In this document: positions 1 to 9,484 of the stretch, one piece after another
How the letters are laid out: every line of letters begins with the position of its first letter
Position numbering within the stretch: the first letter of the stretch is position 1
Assembly: GCA_030698625.1 (NCBI GenBank)
Contig: JAUYMS010000027.1
Location: forward strand, 39,781-103,780
Direction of reading: 5' to 3'
DNA: 64,000 nucleotides
DNA from: Candidatus Omnitrophota bacterium
GTDB taxonomy: Bacteria; Omnitrophota; Omnitrophia; Omnitrophales; Aquincolibacteriaceae
Notes under the pieces: model-generated
What the model saw: only the letters and a program-made list of their open reading frames with translations
Told to the model about the DNA's origin: nothing
The model's database searches: none
Program-made: the position numbers and the translations under genes

Positions 1-366
1 GAGGATCGCTTCTGTCATTTTAACAAGATCACCGTCAAAGGGAATGGATTTTGCCAAACTTTGGCCTTCGAGAATGACCATGACATGTTTGTCCTCTTTA
101 TGGGTGCCAGGTGCATCGGCGGGTACAAAAACGACCAGGCATTTGGGGAGTGCCTTTTTGATTTTTTTGGAAAGCATCACGCCGTCAAACTCGGGCATAG
201 CAATTTTATTGTAGATAAGATCAATCGACATGCTCTTAGCAAGCTCCACGGCATCCTTCGAGCTTTCGGCCCCTTCGACCACATAGCCGGCAGATTTGAG
301 CTGGTCCTGCGTCGACGCAAGAGTCGCCTTTGTATCATCGATAACAAGTAGTGTGGCTTTGCCCAT
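1..366 (-). CDS. Atypical response-regulator receiver-domain protein (3' end runs off the window)
   Basis: Not in the ORF track. Manual translation from ATG 366 gives MGKATLLVIDDTKATLASTQDQLKSAGYVVEGAESSKDAVELAKSMSIDLIYNKIAMPEFDG..., a CheY-like pattern with Lys at the phosphoacceptor Asp position. Open to the window edge. Confidence 0.8.
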   Translation of the reverse strand, partial: MGKATLLVIDDTKATLASTQDQLKSAGYVVEGAESSKDAVELAKSMSIDLIYNKIAMPEFDGVMLSKKIKKALPKCLVVFVPADAPGTHKEDKHVMVILEGQSLAKSIPFDGDLVKMTEAIL

Positions 367-452
367 GTGTGTTGCGCCCTGGAAAGTGTGTAAGTCATTC
401 TAAGTCCTATACAAAGGCTACACGATGACCTGCTTCGTTGTAAAGGGCAGAA

Positions 453-926
453 TCAGGCCGCTCGGATAGTCATACCATAATAGCGCCGGATGGCATCACT
501 TAGATCTTCGGGGCAGGCAAGGACAAAGCAGACATTATCAATGTCGGTAGCCCGCTGAAGCAGGGCTTTTAACCAGAAATTGGAGGGGTTGGCGGTAGCG
601 ACGTAAAGGAGACCATTTCCGACTTCTAGGGGCATGATACGATGGGTAAGGATAAGCCACTTGGGGACTGCTTCTAAAGCCTTCGGCTCAATGAGTGAGC
701 GCTCCAAATCAACGAAGGGTATATGATGCTGCATAGCAAGGGCGCGGTAGACATTCCGTCGGCTAACCACCTTACGCTCAACTAAGATCTCGCCAATCAG
801 TCGTCTTGTTACCACTTGCAGCTTGAGGGCCTCCTCAAGCTGGTGCCATGTAATCCATTCCTTCTGGACCATTATTTCGCCAAGGCGCCAACGAGTCTCC
901 TTAACACTTAGTACGGGGGCACTCAT
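453..926 (-). CDS. Stand-alone MshEN / GspE-PilB N-terminal domain protein (no ATPase)
   Basis: RLGEIMVQKEWITWHQLEEALKLQ...IGEILVERKVVSRRNVYRALAMQ, followed by a T2SSE_N-like segment (IMPL...LYVATANP). ATG 926 follows GAGG. Confidence 0.8.
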   Translation of the reverse strand: MSAPVLSVKETRWRLGEIMVQKEWITWHQLEEALKLQVVTRRLIGEILVERKVVSRRNVYRALAMQHHIPFVDLERSLIEPKALEAVPKWLILTHRIMPLEVGNGLLYVATANPSNFWLKALLQRATDIDNVCFVLACPEDLSDAIRRYYGMTIRAA

Positions 927-1128
927 GAAACACACCTCACAGCGCTTATTAATCCCCTCTAATTCAAAGTCTGCCCGACACCTACTTCTTTTACAAGTTA
1001 AGAAAGACTTATCTTCTTTTTCTACAGCAGATTAGCTCTCAGACTCAACCGGAATACTAGTGATTTCAAGCTCATTGCAGGCAGGCTGCTAGCGTTCGAT
1101 AGCGGAGTGACTCATTTTGACACAGGGA

Positions 1129-2160
1129 CTATTTTGTGGCGATGATCATCCAAGATTTCGGACGAAGGATAATCCTCGGTAAAATTGAGAGTTGGTTGAC
1201 TAACGCGCTCAGGCGGGAGTGCGCCTTCAACCAATACGCCAATTTCAGCTTCCAAGTCTGCGGGGCAGAGCGAAGCTCCTTGCGGTCAATATAACAATCT
1301 ATGAAATTGAAAAAATGCAGCTGTACATTCTTAAACCCACCGTCATGGGCACCCTTCTTCCACTGAGGCAGTGTGTAAGCATTCTCATTGAAACCTTCAT
1401 CGATCGCTTCTTGAAGCGCTTTTCCCGACTTATCTTCCAAAAGACCGAAAGCGCACTCGTGGATCGCTACCACCCGTCCGCCGGGTTTTAGTACGCGGCG
1501 AAATTCGCCAAAAAGCGGGCCCAGTTCCTTACAGTGGTGAATCACCGAGTGTGAAAAAATAAGATCGAACGTTTCGTCACCGAACGGCAGGTTGTTCATA
1601 TCGCCGCTAACGCGCTCAAAATAACTGCCATCCTCTTCAAAATATAGGTCTGCCGCCATCAGATAATTCGTCACATCAAGGGCCACCACATCGCAACCGC
1701 GTTGTGCAAACCGCCAGGAACTCCAGCCGAAGCTTGCTCCGACCTCTAGGACTGATTCTCCTCCCTTAAGGTTCAGAAAATCAAGGGTCTTAAAGAAGCG
1801 CGTTGCGTTCCCCGCCTGATTGTCAAACCCCCCTCCCGGCTGAAAGTGCTGGCTGCCGTCTCCCTTTGGAAGCGAAATAAACAGATTTCGATTACGCTCC
1901 AGCGTCTCTCGAGTGATAGGGCACGGGTTTCCATGATCATCCTGAAAATAACTGAAGGACTCCGCGTGTTCTTTTTCGTGCTGCACTTCTTCGGCTAAAT
2001 GATCACCGAGCGTATGCACGATACCGTCAACAATAGCATAGGTCTTTCCGCTGGATTTCGAGCGGATCTCACCCTGACGGATTTCGCGATCGTTTTCTAC
2101 CGTCACCTTGAGCTCCCAATCCGTGGGGTTCGGTAACTTAATAATTAGTTCACGTTTCAT
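1129..2160 (-). CDS. Class I SAM-dependent methyltransferase with Trm112-like N-terminal extension
   Basis: VLEVGASFGW, GDMNNLPFGDETFDLIF and RVLKPGG motifs. ATGA overlap with the mec-like gene. Confidence 0.8.
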   Translation of the reverse strand: MKRELIIKLPNPTDWELKVTVENDREIRQGEIRSKSSGKTYAIVDGIVHTLGDHLAEEVQHEKEHAESFSYFQDDHGNPCPITRETLERNRNLFISLPKGDGSQHFQPGGGFDNQAGNATRFFKTLDFLNLKGGESVLEVGASFGWSSWRFAQRGCDVVALDVTNYLMAADLYFEEDGSYFERVSGDMNNLPFGDETFDLIFSHSVIHHCKELGPLFGEFRRVLKPGGRVVAIHECAFGLLEDKSGKALQEAIDEGFNENAYTLPQWKKGAHDGGFKNVQLHFFNFIDCYIDRKELRSAPQTWKLKLAYWLKAHSRLSALVNQLSILPRIILRPKSWMIIATK

Positions 2161-2615
2161 GATATAAAGTCCTTCCTTTCATCATTCCAAGTAAAAGTGT
2201 TATGTCCCTTTGCCTTCCCCTCAACAACGGATACGACTAGATACGCGACTCCGGGATAAACGGGCTCACCCTCTGCTGTGGCTGCGCGCTTATCTTCGTC
2301 CGAAAAATAAGCGCCAACATTAATATGGGAGTGGTAGATCACACGAATTTCTTCGCCGCTCTCCCGAGCCTCTTTCTGAATCTCAAGAAGCTCTCTCGGA
2401 TCAATAAAATAAGCTGCCTTGGCGTCTCTCTTGAAGATCTCGGGATCCTTCTGATGATAATCATCCTGAACATTCCTGCACGGCCTTAGCTTCGTCATGT
2501 TCCCGACCTGTGATTTGGGTCCAAGAATCATTCCACAGCATTCATTCGGATACTCTGCTTCTGCCTGCTGAATAATTTGTTTGAGAAAATTTTCCGAAAC
2601 TTCTACCGTGCTCAT
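2157..2615 (-). CDS. mec: JAMM/M67 metallopeptidase (Mec-like sulfur-carrier-cysteine peptidase)
   Basis: YPNECCG and YHSH...FSDED JAMM motif. Coupled to the cysteine synthase gene. Confidence 0.8.
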   Translation of the reverse strand: MSTVEVSENFLKQIIQQAEAEYPNECCGMILGPKSQVGNMTKLRPCRNVQDDYHQKDPEIFKRDAKAAYFIDPRELLEIQKEARESGEEIRVIYHSHINVGAYFSDEDKRAATAEGEPVYPGVAYLVVSVVEGKAKGHNTFTWNDERKDFIS

Positions 2616-3538
2616 AAGGCTGCCAGATGTGTGCTCAGGTATTTCTCTCCCCCATCCGCGAACATGAGAACCGCCATCCCCTCCCGAACACCTTCGAGGG
2701 CATGCAACGCCCCATAGAGAACACCACCGGCCGAAGGACTCACCAAAAGACCTTCTTTACGGACCAATTCAGTCGCCCAATAATAAGCGGGTTCTGTAGG
2801 GATCGTAATCTTACGGTCATACACGCTCGAATCATAAATCGGTACCGGGCTCGAGGAATCCATATTTTTCCACCCTTCGATTCCATGAAAAGCTTCCGGC
2901 TGTAGTGCGATCGTCTGAATCTCAGAATTCTTCTCTTTAAGAAATCTCGCCGTGCCCATCATGGTACCGCTCGTGCCCAATCCCGAAACAAAGTGCGTGA
3001 TACGCCCTTGTGTATCTCGCCATATCTCAGGCCCGGTTGTTTCGTAATGGGCACGCCAGTTTTCAGGATTACTATACTGATCGGGATAAAAGTACTTTCT
3101 CGGTTCCCGCGCGGCTATTTCCGCAGCAACTTCCCTTGCGCCGTCTGACCCCTTCAGAGGGTCGGAGTAGGTAATCGCAGCACCGTAGGCGGTAACGATT
3201 TGTTTTCGTTCCGAACTTACATTTCCCGGCATGACGAGCTCCACGGAAAATCCCATCACCGCCCCTATCATCGCGTAGGCAATTCCCGTATTCCCCGAAG
3301 TGGAGTCGATCAGGGTCTGCCCGGGCTTAAATGCTCCGCTTTCCCGTCCCTTGCGGACCATAAAATAGGCTGGCCGATCCTTTACGGAACCGCCCGGGTT
3401 AAACCACTCGGCCTTCGCGTAGATTTCCAGTAAAGGAGAAACCTCTTGGGGCAAAGCTCTCCGCAAGCGAATCAGGGGTGTATTGCCGATCGAATCAAGC
3501 AGAGATGAGGTTTTTTGAACACCTGCGGGTATCGACAT
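2612..3538 (-). CDS. cysM: PLP-dependent cysteine synthase (CysM-type)
   Basis: IGNTPL, NPGGSVKDR, STSGNTG and GLGTSGT motifs. Start moved to ATG 3538, downstream of GAGGAG. Confidence 0.8.
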   Translation of the reverse strand: MSIPAGVQKTSSLLDSIGNTPLIRLRRALPQEVSPLLEIYAKAEWFNPGGSVKDRPAYFMVRKGRESGAFKPGQTLIDSTSGNTGIAYAMIGAVMGFSVELVMPGNVSSERKQIVTAYGAAITYSDPLKGSDGAREVAAEIAAREPRKYFYPDQYSNPENWRAHYETTGPEIWRDTQGRITHFVSGLGTSGTMMGTARFLKEKNSEIQTIALQPEAFHGIEGWKNMDSSSPVPIYDSSVYDRKITIPTEPAYYWATELVRKEGLLVSPSAGGVLYGALHALEGVREGMAVLMFADGGEKYLSTHLAAL

Positions 3539-3605
3539 CCGAGAAATACGTCTCCTCATGGGAAATGACTCACAGGCGAGAGCCGAGTTCCCGGGATTTT
3601 TTAAA

Positions 3606-5252
3606 TCAATCTTCGTGAGTAATACTTTTGATCTGACCGGAGCCCAGTTCAACGCGCACATACGGCCCCGGCGAAGAGGAATTCTGCCGGCCGACACGAA
3701 TAAGGATATCGAGATTCGACGAATCGGCCCGCCACGCCGAATCCAGAGTTAATGCGGAATCCTTCGAATCGAGTGAGGCGATTTTCTTTCCCCGCCCGTT
3801 GGCATCACTTTCAATCACTTCGTAACGATAAACGTTGCCATCGCGCGGATGAAAACCCCGCTCCACCGCAAGGTCCTGAAAAACAAGCTGGCCTCCTTTT
3901 ACATCAAAATGGTCCAAGGGATTAGCCTTATCGAACCAGTATTTACCGATAATATCACGACGTTCGATCAAAGTTTTAGCGATGTAATCGACGTCTTCGT
4001 CATTCGTCAACTCGCCCGCCTTAACCATCGCGCGGACATCATCATCTGAAAAAGACATGACGATTTTTGCGGCCCAGAAGGCATCGGCAAGACTCAGATC
4101 CTTAAAAGCAAAGTAAGGGAATTGAGTCTTGTATCGCCCGGGATCAAAATCAATATTGTTAAAATAGCCGATTGCCTCGGAAGGGTGTGGCCGTCCGCCG
4201 GCTTGGCGCCACTTACGCTGCCATGGCTTCTCCCACAGCCCCAGTGATAAAAAGGACTTGGACGATTCTCCGAAATCAAACATATGTTCATACCCGTACA
4301 TCGGCGGTTTTGAGCCGGCCGCGCTCGCACCCAAAGCAGAGTTAAAATCGATCAGGTAGGGCGTCGCGGGGTCATCTTCGTTATTCCCCTGAAGCACATT
4401 CAAACTATTGCTCTCGCGGACATCGTAATTATTAAGCCAGGATGCAAACACGCAAACAGCCCGCATGGCTCGCATATCCTGCTGAGGAACATGTCCGCGC
4501 GGATTGTCTGCGTCGTAACCTTGAAAGGGAACGTTCCCAAAAATTTCGCCGCGTAGTATCTTGCTGGCAGATGCACGAAAACGGCCCTGTGCATCCTGCG
4601 GCAGGAAGAGCACAGACTCTTCAAGCTTTTCGGCTGTTAACGGCCTCTTGAACCCTGTGTCATCGTAAGCCCTCGCTCCGGGAGCAGGCTCAAGTTTTTC
4701 GGGTTTAAATGTCACGATCGTATACTGCGGTACGTTATAACCGATAGCATAGTAGAAGCGGCTGGCAATTACTTCCGCCGCAGTGGCAAGCTCAAAGTTA
4801 GAAACCGGATCAAACTTAAAGAGGTAGCGATCACCGCGCACATCCTGGACAAAGAATCCCGGATGAAGGCCCTCAAGCTTGCCGCTTGTGACCAGAAGCT
4901 TTCCGCTTGCATCAGGGCCCTCACTCTCGCGGTAGCCCCTTTCGAGTTCCGAAAGCGAGAACCGCTTTCGAGCGTGACGGTTTTGGAAAAAACGGGAGTC
5001 CGGTACCTCATCATAGACATTCACATCGCGCGCTCTTGCTTTTTTATTAAAAAGAGCTCGGTACAAACGCTCAAGGTGCAGAAAATTCGTACCTTCATAA
5101 TAAAAGTTCTGGTCGAAACCGTCCCGAAGGAGCCCATGCTGTGCCTTCTTGCCATTTGCAGCTTGGGCAAAATGCGCCCCTAGTGCCGACGAGGCAAAAA
5201 ATACTGCCAGAGTCAGAACGATTAACTTAGAACGGTGTTGCACTTTTGACAT
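3606..5252 (-). CDS. Secreted protein with HipA/PI3K-like kinase-fold motifs
   Basis: Sec signal ending AQA. YLFKFD (Lys), AAEVIASRFYYAIGYNVP (alphaC Glu), NNYDVRESN (catalytic-loop-like) and YLIDF (DFG-like). Start overlaps the 3' end of the Omp85 gene. Confidence 0.6.
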   Translation of the reverse strand: MSKVQHRSKLIVLTLAVFFASSALGAHFAQAANGKKAQHGLLRDGFDQNFYYEGTNFLHLERLYRALFNKKARARDVNVYDEVPDSRFFQNRHARKRFSLSELERGYRESEGPDASGKLLVTSGKLEGLHPGFFVQDVRGDRYLFKFDPVSNFELATAAEVIASRFYYAIGYNVPQYTIVTFKPEKLEPAPGARAYDDTGFKRPLTAEKLEESVLFLPQDAQGRFRASASKILRGEIFGNVPFQGYDADNPRGHVPQQDMRAMRAVCVFASWLNNYDVRESNSLNVLQGNNEDDPATPYLIDFNSALGASAAGSKPPMYGYEHMFDFGESSKSFLSLGLWEKPWQRKWRQAGGRPHPSEAIGYFNNIDFDPGRYKTQFPYFAFKDLSLADAFWAAKIVMSFSDDDVRAMVKAGELTNDEDVDYIAKTLIERRDIIGKYWFDKANPLDHFDVKGGQLVFQDLAVERGFHPRDGNVYRYEVIESDANGRGKKIASLDSKDSALTLDSAWRADSSNLDILIRVGRQNSSSPGPYVRVELGSGQIKSITHED

Positions 5253-6531
5253 AAAAATTGGTCCCTTCGTCACCGTGATTCATTTCCACAGAAAAAAGAA
5301 TATTATTCGCGAGACTTAGACGGAAACCCAAACCGTAAGATTCGCGAAAATCGCGCAGCTGCAAATCACTAAATTCTCCGAAGACCTGACCTTCATCCCA
5401 TGACAGCAAGGCATCAATCTTGAAATCGTTATACTCCCATATGGTGTAGCGATATTCGACGTTGAGTAGCAGAATGCTCTCATCAAAGAAACGATTGAAG
5501 TCATATGCGCGCAGCGGGTGGCCCAGGCGCGGGTAAGTGCCATAGCCTCCCAGTTTTGCCATCTGATGGAACGGAACGATGCCATCATTGACTTCATCAT
5601 TGTGTTCGGCGTAGGCATGCACGGCCAAGACTCGCCGTGGTGACCCCAAACTAAGATAGCGGCTGACTTCGGCTTGATACCTGAGATATCTTGCTCTAGA
5701 ACTTTGCACTCCTTCCACGAAGCTCAGACCCAAACGCCCATAACCTCCCTCGGTTGACAGCGCCTTGAGATTCCTTGAATCTCGATCCCAGACGATTCCC
5801 ACACTCACAAGATCATCACCGGTCAACCCGGGGATGGAGCCCGGAGCGAAAGTGCGGGGAATCACACCGCGCCCTCCGTCTTCACCGTCCTTAATATTGA
5901 CGTTAACGTAACCGACTTTGAGATCTACCCCCATGAGCGGACTGAAATCATACCCGATATTGTAATCCACCTGCGTCCTCTCCATATTGTAAGAAGAGCC
6001 CTCGCCGCGGCTTGTATCAGGCCCAATCCCATAGAAGTGTTCCTCGGGTCTATCGTCATATTGAAAAGAAGCAGAGGTGTGAAGCCCATCTCCGGCAATG
6101 CGCTGAAGTCCGATTTCCGTTCCGACATCGAAGACCACGTCATGCGCCCAATAGACCTTGCCCTTGGCGATCAGATCGGGATAGTCCCCTTTCTTGTGCA
6201 CCAGGCGAACCATATCGACATCGACACCTGCTCCGAGCCGCCCAAGGCTCACCCGCGGTGTAATACCTTGAGCATCGAGGAGATCATAACCCCATTGCAT
6301 TTTCTTAGGAACATGGTATTCATCCAGTGCGACCAGAATCTTATCGATTGGCCACCGCAGAATCTCAAAGGGGTACACCAAAAAATGCTTGCCGGCATTT
6401 TCTACTCTGGAGTCTTCACGGATCTCGGGGAAATTCTGAGCATACGGATCATAGCTCAGTTCCTGTGCCAATACTGCCCCGGGCAGTAGAATGAGGGCAA
6501 AAATTAAAAAAATACTAACTCTGTGTTTCAA
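5227..6531 (-). CDS. Omp85/BamA-TamA family outer-membrane beta-barrel without evident POTRA domains
   Basis: Signal peptide. LGG...LRAYDFNRFFD (variant of the VRGF lid motif), EYRY, SYGLGFR and C-terminal Phe. 434 aa. Confidence 0.8.
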   Translation of the reverse strand: MKHRVSIFLIFALILLPGAVLAQELSYDPYAQNFPEIREDSRVENAGKHFLVYPFEILRWPIDKILVALDEYHVPKKMQWGYDLLDAQGITPRVSLGRLGAGVDVDMVRLVHKKGDYPDLIAKGKVYWAHDVVFDVGTEIGLQRIAGDGLHTSASFQYDDRPEEHFYGIGPDTSRGEGSSYNMERTQVDYNIGYDFSPLMGVDLKVGYVNVNIKDGEDGGRGVIPRTFAPGSIPGLTGDDLVSVGIVWDRDSRNLKALSTEGGYGRLGLSFVEGVQSSRARYLRYQAEVSRYLSLGSPRRVLAVHAYAEHNDEVNDGIVPFHQMAKLGGYGTYPRLGHPLRAYDFNRFFDESILLLNVEYRYTIWEYNDFKIDALLSWDEGQVFGEFSDLQLRDFRESYGLGFRLSLANNILFSVEMNHGDEGTNFYVKSATPF

Positions 6532-6607
6532 GCGGTTCTATGCTCCCTTAACCAGGTAATCATTTCAAGTGATCGCTGCCGCGACGGATCCTGCCGCAAT
6601 GAAGGGA

Positions 6608-6636
6608 ATTATAGGGAGACTTTTAAGTATGATCAA
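6608..6636 (-). promoter_or_regulatory. Sigma70-type promoter for the Omp85/kinase-like genes
   Basis: Minus strand TTGATC-N17-TATAAT, about 75 nt upstream of the Omp85 start. Confidence 0.65.
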
Positions 6637-6679
6637 GGAAGTATTCTATAGTCCCTTTCTTGCGTTTCTCCGGCTTACC

Positions 6680-9079
6680 TCACACATTTTTGGAATCCGA
6701 GGGAGAAATCGAGAATCTCTCAAGTTGTTTCAGCTCCGGCCACCGCTCAGCCAGGGCCAACTCATCAATCAGAAACTGGCTAATCAACGAAAACCAGCGG
6801 TCCCCGGACACTACAAAGCTTTTCAAGATATCAACGACTTCTTCTTCACGTACCTGAATGACATCCGTGCCATCGAGCACCCGCTGTATCATGATGGCAA
6901 GATCAGGTCCGAGGGTATTGGACAAGAGCTCTAAGGCATGGACATGTGTCGGGTCCGACTTATCGTGGTCTATGAGCCGCTGGTGGATCATTTGCATAAG
7001 TTCGTGGGGATACAATAAGCTCAGGTAGTGAAAAATACGCTCGATATTTTCGTCGCGGATTGCCGTCAGAGCCACCCCAAGATAATCCTCGCCTTTGGTT
7101 TTCTTAACACCTTGATTATAGAAAGCACTCACTTGCTGGATACGCTTATGAATGGCCGTCTCCCGCCCTATCTCACTTTTGGCTACAATACGGTTGATCT
7201 CAAGACTTGGCCTCTGATTATGAAGCCGCACCAAGGCCTTTGCCATGACAAATCGAAAAGCGTGATCTTGCGTCGCCGCCAATGTGTGTAAGAGAAGATC
7301 CACCGTTTCCTGGCGAGGGAGATGTTCAAGGACACGGATCGCGCGGCGTTTGGCATCTAGCGACGGGGCATCCTCTCGTATGGTCTCGGCGAGTTTCATG
7401 AGAATCGTCTCGGGTGATTGCGCCACATAATCTTTAACGGATTTTGGTTGATCGGAACCGCGCTCGGCACCCAACCCCATCAAGTTATTGAGAAACTCCA
7501 AATCACGCGAATCCAGGGCCTTGGCATCTTCGGCTTCTTCAATTTTATCGAAAGCCTCTTGCTGCGCCATCTGATCTACAATCTTGCGCGCCGTTTTAAC
7601 ATCTCGAGCCGAACGCCCATAAGCTACGAAATAAGCGGTCGCTGCCAGTTTACGCGCATAAGTCGAACGGTGATTCATAAAAGACTTTGCCTCTTCAAAA
7701 CTTTTCTCGTCATGAAGAAAGCTGAGGACATCGGTGGCACGTTTGGTTTCTACCGTCTTTGCATACTGGGTTTTGCTTAGAAGATTCTTGCGCAAAAGCT
7801 TTGAATAGGCGTGTCGCATCATCCACGCAATCCAAAACCACAGCGGAATCAGTGTCAGGGCAAGCAATCCCAATTTTTCTACCGGGAGATTCAGGAGCGG
7901 GGCCATAAATGCAATATAAATACCCGCGAAGGCCTTCGCGCCGCGGTACCCCAGCATATCAATAACGGGCTTGATCCTGCGGCGTATATCCCCGGCAATC
8001 GGTAGATACAAGACCTCTTTGCTGGCCTGCTGCACCGAATAATTGACGCTGCCATCATACATCTTGAGACAGATGCCGACTGCCAGAACCGGATAGAGAA
8101 AACTGGCGAAAGAGAGAAAAACGAGTCCTACGGGTAATATCCAGATGGATATTCCCACCCCGAGATACCTTAGCGCAAGGCTTGTCACCACAATCTGCAT
8201 GATAAAGGAGAGCATGTTCAGCCAGCCGTAAAACCCCCCGTAAAAGGCCGTCATGGCATCTTTGCCGCTCACGGACATCTCGACGAGGCCGCCGAATTGA
8301 TTGTCGATGATCGTCGCTACCATCTTCGCCATAATCACGATAGCGCACAGCATTACCAAATACGAAGATCCCTTAAAAATTTGAAATACAGAGCCCTGGT
8401 CTTGCTCCTTCGTTTCCCGCTCTTTGATTGTCGCTTTCGACTCCGTTTCGTTCTCACCGTGGTGCCCCAACCTCCACAGAAGGGCCACAACCACCATGCA
8501 CAAGCCCACGATTCCTGCGGAAACCAACAGCAAGTTTTCGGTCCCCACCGTCCGCACCGCATGGCTCGTTAGGAAACCCCCCAAAATTCCGCCGATCGAG
8601 CCCCCGCTAATAATCAGGCCGAAAAGACGCCTGGCCTCATTCGCATTAAAAAGGTCATTCGCCAAAGTCCAAAAAATGGTTGTCAATGTTATGGAAAACG
8701 ATGCCTGCCAAAGATAGAACACGGCCGACAGGTAAGGCACGTTCGCCGCAAAGAGAACCCGAAACAGCAGAAGGTTTGTGATGAAAAATCCCAGAAGCCC
8801 AAAATAAAAGAACCGCCTCGACGCTCGTTTGGCGAACTCCACGTAAAGACTCACCACAAGGATTAAAAAAACACCTTCCCCGATGTTAATAAAGCGCATA
8901 TTGTCAGCGCCAAATTCGGTGAGAAAGAGGGATTTTTGAACGGGCTTAAGAACGTAAATGACCCCGACCGTCAGGGAGAAGTACAAGAACATGAGCAGGG
9001 TCTTCGTGCGCTCCCCTGCACGAATTTCCACAAACGGCTTGGTAACGAAAGTCAGGGAACGAACAAGAAAACTCTTCAC
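6680..9079 (-). CDS. Npt1/Tlc-family nucleotide (ATP/ADP) translocase fused to a C-terminal HEAT-like domain
   Basis: About 12 TM N-terminal domain with LKPVQKSLFL, FWTLANDLFNANEARRLFGLI and YSVQQASKEVLYLP...KPVID, typical of the Tlc/Npt family. Helical-repeat C-terminus. GTGA overlap with yraN. Confidence 0.8.
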   Translation of the reverse strand: MKSFLVRSLTFVTKPFVEIRAGERTKTLLMFLYFSLTVGVIYVLKPVQKSLFLTEFGADNMRFINIGEGVFLILVVSLYVEFAKRASRRFFYFGLLGFFITNLLLFRVLFAANVPYLSAVFYLWQASFSITLTTIFWTLANDLFNANEARRLFGLIISGGSIGGILGGFLTSHAVRTVGTENLLLVSAGIVGLCMVVVALLWRLGHHGENETESKATIKERETKEQDQGSVFQIFKGSSYLVMLCAIVIMAKMVATIIDNQFGGLVEMSVSGKDAMTAFYGGFYGWLNMLSFIMQIVVTSLALRYLGVGISIWILPVGLVFLSFASFLYPVLAVGICLKMYDGSVNYSVQQASKEVLYLPIAGDIRRRIKPVIDMLGYRGAKAFAGIYIAFMAPLLNLPVEKLGLLALTLIPLWFWIAWMMRHAYSKLLRKNLLSKTQYAKTVETKRATDVLSFLHDEKSFEEAKSFMNHRSTYARKLAATAYFVAYGRSARDVKTARKIVDQMAQQEAFDKIEEAEDAKALDSRDLEFLNNLMGLGAERGSDQPKSVKDYVAQSPETILMKLAETIREDAPSLDAKRRAIRVLEHLPRQETVDLLLHTLAATQDHAFRFVMAKALVRLHNQRPSLEINRIVAKSEIGRETAIHKRIQQVSAFYNQGVKKTKGEDYLGVALTAIRDENIERIFHYLSLLYPHELMQMIHQRLIDHDKSDPTHVHALELLSNTLGPDLAIMIQRVLDGTDVIQVREEEVVDILKSFVVSGDRWFSLISQFLIDELALAERWPELKQLERFSISPSDSKNV

Positions 9080-9474
9080 CGAATTCCCGCCCCGGCATCA
9101 AAGGCGTCTTGAATCAATCTGATCTCAGGCTCCCCTTCTTCTCGGAAAGAGACCGCAACAACATCAAAGGCGACGGAACAATCTGTCGTTTTTGTGGCTT
9201 TCAGATACCACTGCGCCAATTGAATTAATTTTCTCTGCTTGAGTCTGTGCACGGCTTCCTCGGGACGCCCGAATCGGTCGCCTCGTCGCGTCTTAATCTC
9301 CACAAAGGCGAGAAAACCCCGTCGCGTCGCAACCACATCAATTTCACCCATCCGACAGCGATAGTTGCGGGCTTCGATCGAGTACCCGTTTCGGGTCAAA
9401 AAAGCGCAGGCAATCTCTTCACCTCGGCGGCCGAGAGAAAGATGAGTTTCCTTTTCAGATACGGATACGGTCAT
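9076..9474 (-). CDS. yraN: YraN family endonuclease-like protein
   Basis: LGRRGEEIA, RNYRCRMGEIDVVA, FVEIKTR, FDVVAV. Confidence 0.9.
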   Translation of the reverse strand: MTVSVSEKETHLSLGRRGEEIACAFLTRNGYSIEARNYRCRMGEIDVVATRRGFLAFVEIKTRRGDRFGRPEEAVHRLKQRKLIQLAQWYLKATKTTDCSVAFDVVAVSFREEGEPEIRLIQDAFDAGAGIR

Positions 9475-9484
9475 GATTCGCTTT

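Noticed and set aside
61-398. ORF-track calls 61..351 (+) and 177..398 (-)
   Set aside because: The real gene is the receiver-like frame starting at 366 on the minus strand.
3539-3697. Long 5' extensions in ORF-track calls (cysM here; likewise yraN, pilT, larE, bioD, bioF and the ABC permeases)
   Set aside because: They overlap upstream genes or lack homologous sequence. Downstream starts with an RBS or stop-start coupling fit better.
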